Shown here: in pieces, positions 37,301 through 46,900 of the stretch
Layout: every line of letters starts with the position of its first letter
Numbering within the stretch: position 1 is the first letter of the stretch
Source of the DNA: an uncultured Vicingus sp.
GTDB taxonomy: Bacteria > Bacteroidota > Bacteroidia > Flavobacteriales_E > Vicingaceae
NCBI GenBank assembly: GCA_964625955.1
Contig: CAZVEW010000001.1
Location: 1-50,358 of the forward strand
Length of the DNA: 50,358 nucleotides
Direction of reading: 5' to 3'
Notes under the pieces: model-generated
Told to the model about the DNA's origin: nothing
Seen by the model: only the letters and a program-made list of their open reading frames with translations
Database searches by the model: none
Made by a program: the position numbers and the translations under genes

Positions 37301-40300
37301 CCCAACAACCAGATGGGGAGGAATTATGAGAAAAGTAGAAACAACCGATTTTGAATCTTCAAATGTGGAATTTATTCAATTCTGGGTAATGGATCCTTTT
37401 AACAGTGAAGATGGAGATCCCACCTCATCTGGAGGAAAACTATATTTTAATCTAGGAAATATTTCTGAAGATGTATTAAAAGACTCCAGAAAAAGCTTTG
37501 AAGATGGGCTACCAAATACAGCCATAGATTATTCTACCGGATCTAACATAAACTTAGTAGATACCACTATTTGGGGAAGGGTTCCAACTGTTCAATCCTT
37601 AGTAAATGCATTTGATAACACACCTAGCACTCGCCCTTACCAAGATGTTGGTTTAGATGGTTTAAATAATGTAGATGAAGCTAGTTTTTTTCCAAATTTT
37701 AGCACATTTACCGATTTACAAGGAAACCTTGATCCCGCAGGAGATAATTACCACTATTACAGAGGTGATGATTACGATAGCCAAGGATTAGATATACTAC
37801 AACGCTATAAAATGTATAATGGAGTAGAAGGCAACTCTCCAGTAGTAACTCAAGGTTATTCAACACAAGCAACAACCCTTCCAGATATTGAAGATTTAGA
37901 CCAAAATAATAACTTAGATTTTAGAGAAAGTTATTACCAATATTCAATTGATTTAAACCCAACAGAAGTTAACCCCAACAATATCGGAAACAATTACCTT
38001 ACAGATGTATTAGAAACTAATGTTACCACAAAAGATGGTAGAAACAGGACTATAAGATGGTATCAATTTAAAATTCCTATCAGAGAGCCAGATAAGGTAG
38101 TAGGCGGTATTACCGATTTTAAATCCATTCGATTTATGAGAATGTTTTTAAAAGGATTTAACAAAAAAATAGTGTTACGATTTGCAAGATTAGACTTAGT
38201 AAGAGGTGAATGGCGAAAGTATGCTGGAAACTTATTAAGCCCAGGTGATTACATAGGAACCGATAACAATACTACTACTTTTAATATTTCGGCTGTTAAT
38301 GTTGAAGAAAATAGCGAAAAACAACCTGTAAACTATATTATCCCCCCAGGTATTGATAGAGAAATAAACCCTAATCCATCAACAGGTAATGATTTAAGAC
38401 AACTAAACGAACAATCTTTATCGTTAAATATTTGTAATTTAAATGATGGAGATGCCCGTGCTGCTTACAAAGTAATGGATGTAGATATTCGAAGATACAA
38501 AAGATTAAAAATGTTTGTACATGCCGAAGAAAGCAACCCCGCCATGCCTTTAAACGATGGCGATTTGTCTGTGTTTATTAGAATGGGAACCGATTTTGAT
38601 GATAATTATTACGAGTACGAAGTGCCACTAAAAGTTACTCCTGCAGGTAAATACAACACAGAAAATAGTAGTAATGCTAGTGATAGATTAATTGTTTGGC
38701 CAGAGTCCAATAATATTGATTTACAATTTTCTAAACTTACGGATATGAAAATTAAACGAAATAGTTTGCTCGGTGATGCTTCAAATGGGGTTTTAATTAT
38801 AAAACCGTACGAAACTAAAGACGGAAATAATACCATGAGAATAAAAGGAAATCCAAACTTAGCAGAAGTTAGGGTTTTTATGATTGGCATTAGAAACGCC
38901 AAACAAAGCCCACTAACGCTAGACGATGATGGACTTACAAAATGTGCAGAAATATGGGTAAATGAATTAAGAATGGCAGATTTTGATAATGCTGGTGGCT
39001 GGGCAACAAAATTAAGAATGACAACCCAACTAGCAGATTTAGGAAACTTTACCATAGCAGGAGATTATAGTACTCCTGGTTTTGGAAGTATTGAACAAAA
39101 ATTAAACGACAGACAACAAGAAACACGAAAAAGCTACGATTTATCAACAAGTATTGAATTAGGAAAATTTATTCCTGAAAAAGTAGGCATCAGCTTACCA
39201 ATGTATTTTGGCGTTTCACAAGGAATTGTTACTCCTCGATACAACCCCTTAGATCCTGATTTAGAATTAAAAGATTTATTAAAAAATAGCGTATTATCTC
39301 AAAGGGCAAGAGATTCTATCAGCACAAGAACCGAAGAGTTTACCAAAAGGCGGAGCATTAACTTTACCAATGTAAGAAAATTACCTTCAAAAACACGTAA
39401 AAAGCCCCATTTTTACGACATATCTAATGTTTCGCTAAATTATGGTTACACACAATCGGATTTTAGAGATTATAACACCGAATTCGATAGCCGAAAAACA
39501 TGGAAAGGAGGTATAGCTTACGCTTTCAATAACAACCCTAAAAACCACAAACCTTTTGGAAAAGCAAAATTTGCCAAAAAGAAAGGACTTAAATTTATCA
39601 AAGATTTTAATTTTTATCTAGCCCCCAAACAACTCTCTTTTCAGTCGGACATGGATAGGGCTTATTCTAAACGAAGATCAAGAAATAATACTGGCTTTGA
39701 TTTTAAACTACCAACATATTACCAAAAACATTTTTATTGGAACAGAATATATAGCTTAAAATACGACATAACAAAAGCCTTAATTTTCGATTTTAACGCA
39801 ACAAATAACGCTACCATCGAAGAACCATTAACCTTTAACGGGCAACAAACTTTCGGTAGGGTAGATAAAAATATTCCCGACCAATACCAATCTTGGAAAG
39901 ATACCGTTAAACAAAGCCTTTCTCAATTTGGAACAAATACACATTATCACCATAATTTCAATATAAATTACACTGTTCCTATCAATAAATTACCTTTGTT
40001 AGATTTTGTTACGCTATCCACCAAATACTCGGGAGATTATGATTGGTTAAGGGCTCCAATAGGAGCAGACTCTTTAGGAAATACCATTCAAAACTCAAAT
40101 ACCATTACAATGAATAGTCAGTTAAACATGACCAAGTTATACAATAATATAGGCTTTTTAAAGAAGGTTAAAAAACGTGCCAGAGAACGAGCTAGAATGC
40201 GGAGATTACAACACAGAAAGCCAGACCCGAAAAAAACAGCCGTACAAAATGCTAAATTAAAAGGCTGGAAAGCAGGCACACCTCCTCCTGACATAAAATT

Positions 40301-41726
40301 TGTTAAAAAAATGTTTAAAGATACAGGTTCTTTAAAGATAGAATTATGGAAAAAGAAAATACCTATTCACCCCATGGATGCTTTTTGGACACTTATGATG
40401 AGCCCAAAAAATGTGTCGGGAACTTACTCAAGAAACCGAGGAACTTTATTGCCCGGCTATAACCAGAACACAGAAATATTAGGCTCAAATCCGAGCTTTG
40501 ACGCACCGGGTTTTAACTTTATTTCTGGTGTTCAAGAAGCTAACTTTGCCGCAAGTGCCGCTAACAATAATTGGTTAATACCAAATTCTTCTTTACTATA
40601 TAATTACAACAACACCTATTCAGAAAATTATAATCTTAGGGCAACCTTGCGACCCATAAAATCATTACGAATACAGTTAAACGCTACCCGTAATTACTCA
40701 ACAAACAATATACAACAATTCTTTTGGAACGATTCTATTAACGATTATGAATTTGTAACACCCGTTCAAACAGGTAATTTTAGTATGTCTTTCGTCTCTT
40801 TAAAAACAGCTTTCTCAAAAGATGGAAAACTCAACAGGTCATCAAAAGTATTTGAACGGTTCTTGGCAGAACGATCTGTTATTTCTCACCGATTAGGCGA
40901 TAAAAATCCTAATTCTATTAACTCTAACAACGAATATAGTGATGGTTATAATGCAACATCACAAGACGTATTAATTCCTGCATTTGTTGCTGGTTACGCT
41001 GGCAAAAGCGGTAACAATGTAACACTCGGTAATTTTAGCAAATACATTCCCTTGCCAAATTGGAGAATTACCTTCGATGGCTTAAGCAAAATACCACTTA
41101 TCCGTAAAGCATTTAAAAGGTTCTCTATCACCCATTCTTATCGCTCTACTTTTAATGTTAGTTCATTTACATCTAATTTAACTTACGAAAGCCGAAACGG
41201 AGCAGCCAGTGCAAGAAATATTGATGCCAACTTTATACCTGAATTACAAATTGCTACAATTTCAATATCCGAGCAATTTAGCCCTTTGGCAGGAGTTAGT
41301 ATGACACTACAAAACAATATGCTTATTAAATTTGAATACAAACAAGACAGAAATGCTTCATTAAGTTTAGCTAACAATCAAATAACCGAAGTTAAAGGAA
41401 GTGAATGGACAATTGGTACAGGATATAAATTTAACCGTGTACGATTCCCTTTTATCAAAAAAGTAATAGTAAGTCCTTTAGATTTAAGAGTAGATGTATC
41501 GATAAGAAATAATAACACCATTATTAGGCGAATTGTTGAAGAAATTAGCCAACTTACTAGCGGACAACGTGTATTATCCATTAAATTTTCTGCCGATTAT
41601 AAAATTAGTAGAAGGTTAAATATTAGGGCGTTCTATGACTATAACTCTACAAAACCATTTATATCAACAACCTACCCTACTTCTAATACAAATGCAGGAT
41701 TTAGTTTAAGATTCTCCTTATCGTAA
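34374..41726 (+). CDS. sprA: T9SS translocon / cell-surface protein SprA (Sov family)
   Basis: 2450 aa with a signal peptide. Size and sequence are characteristic of SprA. The ruvA-sprA-gcvH neighbourhood is typical of Flavobacteriia. TTG start (the signal-peptide h-region precedes the first ATG). Confidence 0.9.
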   Translation: MNFKVNKYTKFGFAFGLVAILMAINLLSSPNYSNATPLKNSIKTLLVDSPDIDLKYPFADGIGGPEEHNTGGLYLNNPSNIKSGFQYDPETGTYNYYEKIGDRLFKYPTYMSFDEYLKYDSKKSLQDYWKQKSEAEDINQTKGFKPLIISKNAGIFGDGPIEIIPQGSAELSFGINRSTRDNPALPVDQRSTTTFDFNQKIQLNVVGNIGSKLKLKTSYNTEATFDFENQMNIGYTGNEDEILQKVEAGNVSLPLKGSLISGSQTLFGIKTEMKFGRLSVTTVLSQEKGEKKEITVQGGAQIQKFEKEASQYEENKHYFLSQYFRDTYENSLSTPPVISSRANITKIEVWVSNVNHSVVNTKNIIGFMDLGEGTQANIYNDPLITDANTTPNKNYPDNYANTLYPDLTANPINPLYDTTAIRGFVNASQALESIGYKNGIDFEKYENARLLQPTEFTLNAQLGYISLNSSLNSDDILAVSFQYTLDGKVYQVGEFSTDGVSGQNALFVKLLRGTTINTKLPTWNLMMKNVYSLGAFNISSKDFFLDIYFLDPATGVEIPFIPEGAINGLPLISVLNLDRVNTINQANSDGVFDFINGITINANTGRVYFPVLEPFGSHLRSKFTNPQLADKYAYDSLYVTTQTLAEQDATKNRFKIKGQYSSSSSSDIRLNSMNIPQGSVVVTAGGATLTENVDYTVDYNLGSVKIIDDGILQSGTPIKISLESQSLFNIQTKTLMGSRLDYKFNDDFNIGGTILKLSEKPLTRKINLGDEPINNTIWGLDFTYKKDVPLLTRWVDKLPIYSTKQKSTITLEGEFAQLIPGNPSAITKNGVAYLDDFEGSQSTIDMTTVSQWKLASTPQGQSDLFPEGVLPYSDSLAFGFNRAKLAWYVIDPLFWRNDSRTPPNVKNDPTMQSNHYMREVLETEVFPFKSPNNGIVTNLSVLDLAYYPTERGMYNFDDGSVPSIGSGMTSTGTLINPTTRWGGIMRKVETTDFESSNVEFIQFWVMDPFNSEDGDPTSSGGKLYFNLGNISEDVLKDSRKSFEDGLPNTAIDYSTGSNINLVDTTIWGRVPTVQSLVNAFDNTPSTRPYQDVGLDGLNNVDEASFFPNFSTFTDLQGNLDPAGDNYHYYRGDDYDSQGLDILQRYKMYNGVEGNSPVVTQGYSTQATTLPDIEDLDQNNNLDFRESYYQYSIDLNPTEVNPNNIGNNYLTDVLETNVTTKDGRNRTIRWYQFKIPIREPDKVVGGITDFKSIRFMRMFLKGFNKKIVLRFARLDLVRGEWRKYAGNLLSPGDYIGTDNNTTTFNISAVNVEENSEKQPVNYIIPPGIDREINPNPSTGNDLRQLNEQSLSLNICNLNDGDARAAYKVMDVDIRRYKRLKMFVHAEESNPAMPLNDGDLSVFIRMGTDFDDNYYEYEVPLKVTPAGKYNTENSSNASDRLIVWPESNNIDLQFSKLTDMKIKRNSLLGDASNGVLIIKPYETKDGNNTMRIKGNPNLAEVRVFMIGIRNAKQSPLTLDDDGLTKCAEIWVNELRMADFDNAGGWATKLRMTTQLADLGNFTIAGDYSTPGFGSIEQKLNDRQQETRKSYDLSTSIELGKFIPEKVGISLPMYFGVSQGIVTPRYNPLDPDLELKDLLKNSVLSQRARDSISTRTEEFTKRRSINFTNVRKLPSKTRKKPHFYDISNVSLNYGYTQSDFRDYNTEFDSRKTWKGGIAYAFNNNPKNHKPFGKAKFAKKKGLKFIKDFNFYLAPKQLSFQSDMDRAYSKRRSRNNTGFDFKLPTYYQKHFYWNRIYSLKYDITKALIFDFNATNNATIEEPLTFNGQQTFGRVDKNIPDQYQSWKDTVKQSLSQFGTNTHYHHNFNINYTVPINKLPLLDFVTLSTKYSGDYDWLRAPIGADSLGNTIQNSNTITMNSQLNMTKLYNNIGFLKKVKKRARERARMRRLQHRKPDPKKTAVQNAKLKGWKAGTPPPDIKFVKKMFKDTGSLKIELWKKKIPIHPMDAFWTLMMSPKNVSGTYSRNRGTLLPGYNQNTEILGSNPSFDAPGFNFISGVQEANFAASAANNNWLIPNSSLLYNYNNTYSENYNLRATLRPIKSLRIQLNATRNYSTNNIQQFFWNDSINDYEFVTPVQTGNFSMSFVSLKTAFSKDGKLNRSSKVFERFLAERSVISHRLGDKNPNSINSNNEYSDGYNATSQDVLIPAFVAGYAGKSGNNVTLGNFSKYIPLPNWRITFDGLSKIPLIRKAFKRFSITHSYRSTFNVSSFTSNLTYESRNGAASARNIDANFIPELQIATISISEQFSPLAGVSMTLQNNMLIKFEYKQDRNASLSLANNQITEVKGSEWTIGTGYKFNRVRFPFIKKVIVSPLDLRVDVSIRNNNTIIRRIVEEISQLTSGQRVLSIKFSADYKISRRLNIRAFYDYNSTKPFISTTYPTSNTNAGFSLRFSLS

Positions 41727-41847
41727 TAAAAATTGTTAAAAAATACCTTTTCGTAAACAGAAATTAGGAATTAAGCCGAAGAAATTAGAATTTAGCACAA
41801 AATTTATGAAGAAACTATCAATATTATATAATTAAAAACTTAAAAAG

Positions 41848-42225
41848 ATGAATATACCATCAGATTTAAAATACACCAAAGACCACGAGTGGCTTAGCTT
41901 AGAGGGAGATATTGCAACAATAGGCATTACCGACTTTGCACAAGGCGAATTAGGAGATATTGTTTATGTAGAAATTGAAACTGAAGGAGAAATCTTAAAC
42001 AAAGAAGAAATTTTTGGTACTGTTGAAGCTGTTAAAACCGTTTCTGACTTATTTATGCCTGTTACTGGCGAAGTAATTGAGTTTAATACAGCCATAGAAA
42101 CTAATCCAGAAACTGTAAACTCAGACCCCTACAAAACTGGATGGATGATAAAAGTAAAAATGTCGAATACCGATGAAGTAAATGAATTACTTACTGCCGA
42201 CCAATACAAAGAATTAATAGGATAA
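41848..42225 (+). CDS. gcvH: Glycine cleavage system protein H
   Basis: [24 protein letters not shown], and the lipoyl-lysine context [10 protein letters not shown]. Confidence 0.93.
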   Translation: MNIPSDLKYTKDHEWLSLEGDIATIGITDFAQGELGDIVYVEIETEGEILNKEEIFGTVEAVKTVSDLFMPVTGEVIEFNTAIETNPETVNSDPYKTGWMIKVKMSNTDEVNELLTADQYKELIG

Positions 42226-42243
42226 TTTTCCTAATAAACATCG

Positions 42244-42636
42244 ATGAATAAAAAATTGAAAATTTTACCAGCAGCCATTTGGCTACTGGTAATCTTGTTT
42301 TTAAGTGGTTATCCTGGCAACAAACTTCCGCCCGCCCCTTTTTTTCAGTTCGATAAACTAATACATTCAATAATGTATTTTGCTCTCTACTTTTTTTTAG
42401 CAATTGCCTTTTACAAACAATATTACCAAACCAAAACACGTTTAAAAGCAAAAATATTAATTAGTTTCTTTGCTGTTTTTTATGGAGGGTTTATGGAAAT
42501 TCTTCAACATTACATCTTTATAAACAGAAGCGGTAATTTTTACGATTTTGCAGCCAATACTTTTGGAGTTATCATTGGAATTCTTTTCTTTCCGCTAATA
42601 ATTAAAATACTACCGATAAACAAATGGCTTGGATAA
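42244..42636 (+). CDS. VanZ-family membrane protein
   Basis: Four TM helices. KLIHSIMYFALYF and GGFMEILQ...R....DF.AN..G patterns. Confidence 0.65.
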   Translation: MNKKLKILPAAIWLLVILFLSGYPGNKLPPAPFFQFDKLIHSIMYFALYFFLAIAFYKQYYQTKTRLKAKILISFFAVFYGGFMEILQHYIFINRSGNFYDFAANTFGVIIGILFFPLIIKILPINKWLG

Positions 42637-42690
42637 AGTAGATTTTACTGTAATTAAAAAATTAATTTTATTACACTTAAACTAAAGATT

Positions 42691-43821
42691 ATGAAATACT
42701 TAATCCAATTCGAATTTCAAAAAGATAAAGAATCAATATTTTGGTTACCCCTCTTTTTCGAAACTGAAAACTTAGAAAAAGCCAATAATTTAGCCAAAAC
42801 TTTTCATACTTTCTTAAAAGATAACTTTAAAACAGTTAACAACTATAATATTGATTTATATGATGAAAATAGTAGTAATAATCAAATAATTAAAAATTAT
42901 GTTGAAAACGAAATAAAAGGAGAATATTACCTATTAAACCCATTTTTAGAACAAAAAATTGAAGAAATTGATGAGAAAACAAACCGAGAAATAACATTTA
43001 AAAGAGATTTTTTTCTTAAAGAATACAACAAAAAAGAGATATCTTACCTCGATTTTAAGAAGAATTCTATTTTAACACGAAAAATTTCGGATAATATTAA
43101 TAACTTTGAACATTACTTAATTGTAAAACTTAAAAAAGCAGCAATTATCATGGAACCTAAAAAAAATCCAAAAGCAGACCTAGAAAGACTGAGAGGAGTA
43201 TTAATGTTGGGAGGATTAATCGTATCAGGATTAATCGTTTTATCAATGATTAACTTTAAATTCTACGATGTTAAAGCTAGTGAACTTGGTCAGTTAGTTG
43301 TACAAGATGAGGAAGAAGACATTATTCCTATTACGGAACAAAATACACCACCACCACCACCACCTCCTCCTCCTCCAGCAGCACCAGAGGTGCTTGAAAT
43401 TGTAGAAGATGATGTTGAAATTGAAGATGATGTTGAAATAAATACAGAAGCTGATGCAAACACCGTTGTTGAAGAGTTTGCTGTAGAAGAAGAACCAGAA
43501 GAAGAAACTGTGTTTACCATTGTAGAAACCATGCCCTCTTTTCCTGGCGGAGTAAATGCAATGATGAAATATTTATCGGAACACATAAAATACCCGCCAG
43601 CAGCAAAAGCAAATGGAATAACAGGTAAAGTTTTTGTTAATTTTACCGTAGGTAAAGATGGTAAAATTAGAGATATTAAAATTTTAAGAGGAGTGAATGA
43701 TTTGCTAGATAACGAAGCGAAAAGAGTAGTAAAATCATTTCCTACATGGTCGCCCGGAAAGCAAAGAGGAAAAGCGGTTAGCGTTTCGTACAACTTACCT
43801 ATTAACTTTGTATTGAAATAA
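42691..43821 (+). CDS. tonB: Energy transducer TonB, with an atypical 153-aa N-terminal extension
   Basis: From the internal Met at 43150: MEPKKNPKADLERLRG + TM + Pro10 + acidic linker + C-terminal TonB domain (PSFPGG..AMMKYL...YP..A..NGI.GKV.V.F.V.KDG...DIKIL). The upstream 153 codons are open and in frame. The alternative start is 43150. Confidence 0.8.
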   Translation: MKYLIQFEFQKDKESIFWLPLFFETENLEKANNLAKTFHTFLKDNFKTVNNYNIDLYDENSSNNQIIKNYVENEIKGEYYLLNPFLEQKIEEIDEKTNREITFKRDFFLKEYNKKEISYLDFKKNSILTRKISDNINNFEHYLIVKLKKAAIIMEPKKNPKADLERLRGVLMLGGLIVSGLIVLSMINFKFYDVKASELGQLVVQDEEEDIIPITEQNTPPPPPPPPPPAAPEVLEIVEDDVEIEDDVEINTEADANTVVEEFAVEEEPEEETVFTIVETMPSFPGGVNAMMKYLSEHIKYPPAAKANGITGKVFVNFTVGKDGKIRDIKILRGVNDLLDNEAKRVVKSFPTWSPGKQRGKAVSVSYNLPINFVLK

Positions 43822-43843
43822 AATTTGACTAAAAAAAATAACA

Positions 43844-43872
43844 AAAACCTCTCTTTTAAGGGAGGTTTTTTA
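43844..43872 (+). terminator. Rho-independent terminator
   Basis: Stem AAAACCTCTC / GGGAGGTTTT (one wobble), loop TTTTAA, then a T-run. It lies 23 nt after the TonB stop. Confidence 0.7.
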
Positions 43873-43901
43873 TTTTGTTGCAAAAGAACTCCCCTTTAGT
43901 T

Positions 43902-43909
43902 TATTTTTG
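43902..43909 (+). promoter_or_regulatory. -7 promoter box TATTTTTG
   Basis: TAnnTTTG match 60 nt upstream of the alpha-2-macroglobulin ATG. Confidence 0.35.
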
Positions 43910-43968
43910 GATTAATTTATGCAATCTTTAAAACTATTGCATCTTTAAAGAAAATAACCAATAAAGCT

Positions 43969-46900
43969 ATGAAAACAATAAAAATACTTGCATCAGGATT
44001 GTTTATCTTCTTTCTAATGAGTGCTTCGACTAAATGCTCATCAACAAAAACAACCGACAAAAAAACAATTACCAAACCATTATTAATTTATGCCAAAGGC
44101 AAGGTGTATAAAAAAGAATGGACTAAAGTAGATTCTTTAATGCAAAATGGTTTAACAAAATCGGCTTTAGCAGCAATAAAAGAAATTAATAAAAAAGCGA
44201 AAAGCGAAAATAACTACCAGCAAATTGTTAAAACCTTAATAGTAAAAGCAAAATTGCAATCTTACATCGAAGATGATGCTTTTGTCAAAACCATTCAAGA
44301 ATTAATTTTAGAAACAACAAAATCGAGCTATCCTTTAAACCCTCTTTTACACTCAATGATTGCAGAATTGTATTGGCAATATTACCAAGATAATCGTTGG
44401 AAATTTCGTAACAGAACAACAACCGTTAATTTTAAAAACGATGATATTACCACGTGGGATTTAAAACATATTATTACAACAACAACCAAACATTATTTAT
44501 TATCCATTAAAAATATCGATAGTTTAAAGCGTACGCCAATAACTGCTTTCGATGAACTAATTATTAAAAAAGATAGTGATAATCTTCGTCCGTATTTGTA
44601 TGATTTTTTAGCCCACAGAACCCTCGACTTTTTTATGAACGAAGAGCCTTCTTTAACCAAACCTGTTTACGAATTTACCTTCGATAGCACAGCTTATTTA
44701 GCGGATAATAAAACTTTTATAAAATTGAAACTCGCGACAAAAGACACCTCTTCTTTAAAATATTATGCACTTAAAATATTACAAAGCTTAACAAAAACTC
44801 ACCTTAGCGATACCAATAAAACTAGCTTAGTTGATGTAACTTTAAAACGCTTAAAATTCGTTAAAAATAATGCCACTTTCCAAAAAGCAGATTCTTTGTA
44901 TTACCAAGCGATAACTTCACTTTATGCCAATTGTAAAAAATTACCCATTTCAACCGAAGTAGCTTACCAAATGGCAAACTTCCATTACTTAAATGGCAAT
45001 AAATACGACCCTTTAAACCCCGAAAAAGAGCAATATAAATGGGAATTAAAGAATGCTAAAAACATTTGTTTAAATGCAAAAAAAACTTTCCCAAAATCAT
45101 TAGGAGCTAAAAATTGTGATTTTTTACTCCATCAAATAGAACAAAAATTTTTAAATGTTAGCATAGAAAAAGTAAATGTGCCTAATCAACCACTTTTGGC
45201 AAAAATTATAGCCAAAAATATTAAGCAAGTATTTTTTAGGCTGTACAAAGTTAATTTCGATACCTATAAAAAATGGAATTTAAGCAACGAAAAAAAATTA
45301 ACAAAAATTTTATCGCAACAACTTATTAAGAGCTGGAGCTTAGATTTAAAAGCCGATGGCGATTTTCAAAACCATGCAGGTTTGTTTAAAATTAGTCAAC
45401 AAAATTTGGGATTTTATGTTTTATTAACTTCTACTAACAACCAATTTTCTTTCGATAAAGAAATTATTACCGCAACCCCTTTTTGGGTTTCTAACCTTAG
45501 TTACTTGAGCAGAAGTCTAAATAATGGTGGAGATCAGTTTTTTGTAATGGACAGAAGCACTGGAAATCCGATGGCAGGCGTTAAAGCAAAATTATATGTC
45601 GAAAAATATAGTTATACTTTAAGAAAATACGAATGGAAATCTTTTGCCACAAAAATTACCGATAAAAATGGTTCGTTTACCTTATTACCAGGCAATAGTT
45701 ATCGAAATTATTATGTCAATTTTTCTTATAAAGAGGATAAACTCAATACTTTAGATAGAAACTACCAATCCCGAAAATATGATAAAAAAAACACAACACA
45801 TATAAAAACTATTTTCTTTACCGATAGGGCAATTTATCGTCCCGGACAAACAGTTTATTTTAAGGGAATTGTTATATCAACCGACAATAATAACAACAAT
45901 AAAATAAAAACAAATTTTAAATCTAACGTTGCCTTTTATGATGTAAATAATCAAAAATTAAAGGCTTTAAATTTAGTTACCAACGAGTATGGCTCGTTTA
46001 GTGGTTCTTTTGTCGCTCCAAATAATGGCTTAAACGGACAAATGCACATTAAAGATGGGCATGGTTCAAAATATTTTTCGGTAGAAGAATACAAACGCCC
46101 AAAATTTGAAGTAAAATTTAACCCAATTAAAGGAAGTTATAAACTAGCAGAAACTGTTAATGCTGTTGGCGTAGCTAAAACTTATGCTGGTGCTGCTTTA
46201 GCTGATGCAACCGTTAATTATCGGGTAGTCAGAAATGCTTCGTTTCCATATTGGTGCTTTTACCGTTGGGGATATTTACCACAAGCTGCCTCCATGGAAA
46301 TTAAAAATGGCACAAGCACAACAAATGATAATGGCGAGTTTAAGATTGATTTTATTGCCAAACCAGATAAATCGGTAAAAAAAGAATTTTCGCCAACTTA
46401 TTCTTATACCATTTATGCCGATGTAGTTGATGTAAATGGAGAAACCCACAGTGCTAATACTGCTGTTTATGTCGGCTATAAAGCTTTAAACATTAACATT
46501 ACAATGCCCGAAAAAGTAAACAAAAATGGTGTTGATACTTTTAATTTTACCACCACCAATTTAAATGGAGAATTAGAACCCGCCAAAGGGAATGTTAAAA
46601 TTTGGGCATTGCAACAACCAAATCAATTTTATAGAAAATCAATTATTGGTAAAGGAGATAGAAAATACATTACCAAAGAAGATTTTGTTAAAAATTTTCC
46701 TCACGATGTGTTTGATGATGAAAATAATCATTTTAAATGGAAAAAAAATATTAAAGTTTATGACCATGAATTTGACACAAAAAATAAGCAGTCATTTCAA
46801 TTTTATCATTTACCAGAATGTAGTAGTGGTTATTATGTATTGGAAGCAACAACAAAAGATAAATTTGGACAAGATGTAAAGGAGATTAAATATTTTACCA

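Noticed and set aside
43348-43377. (CCA)5(CCT)4CCA trinucleotide run.
   Set aside because: It is not a CRISPR array or a free microsatellite. It encodes the Pro10 spacer typical of TonB. Length variation is possible, but the feature is ordinary.
43290-43883. 197-aa ORF antisense to tonB with a poly-Gly run.
   Set aside because: The Gly run is the complement of the TonB proline codons. The ORF also spans the tonB terminator, and the TonB frame is clearly the real one.
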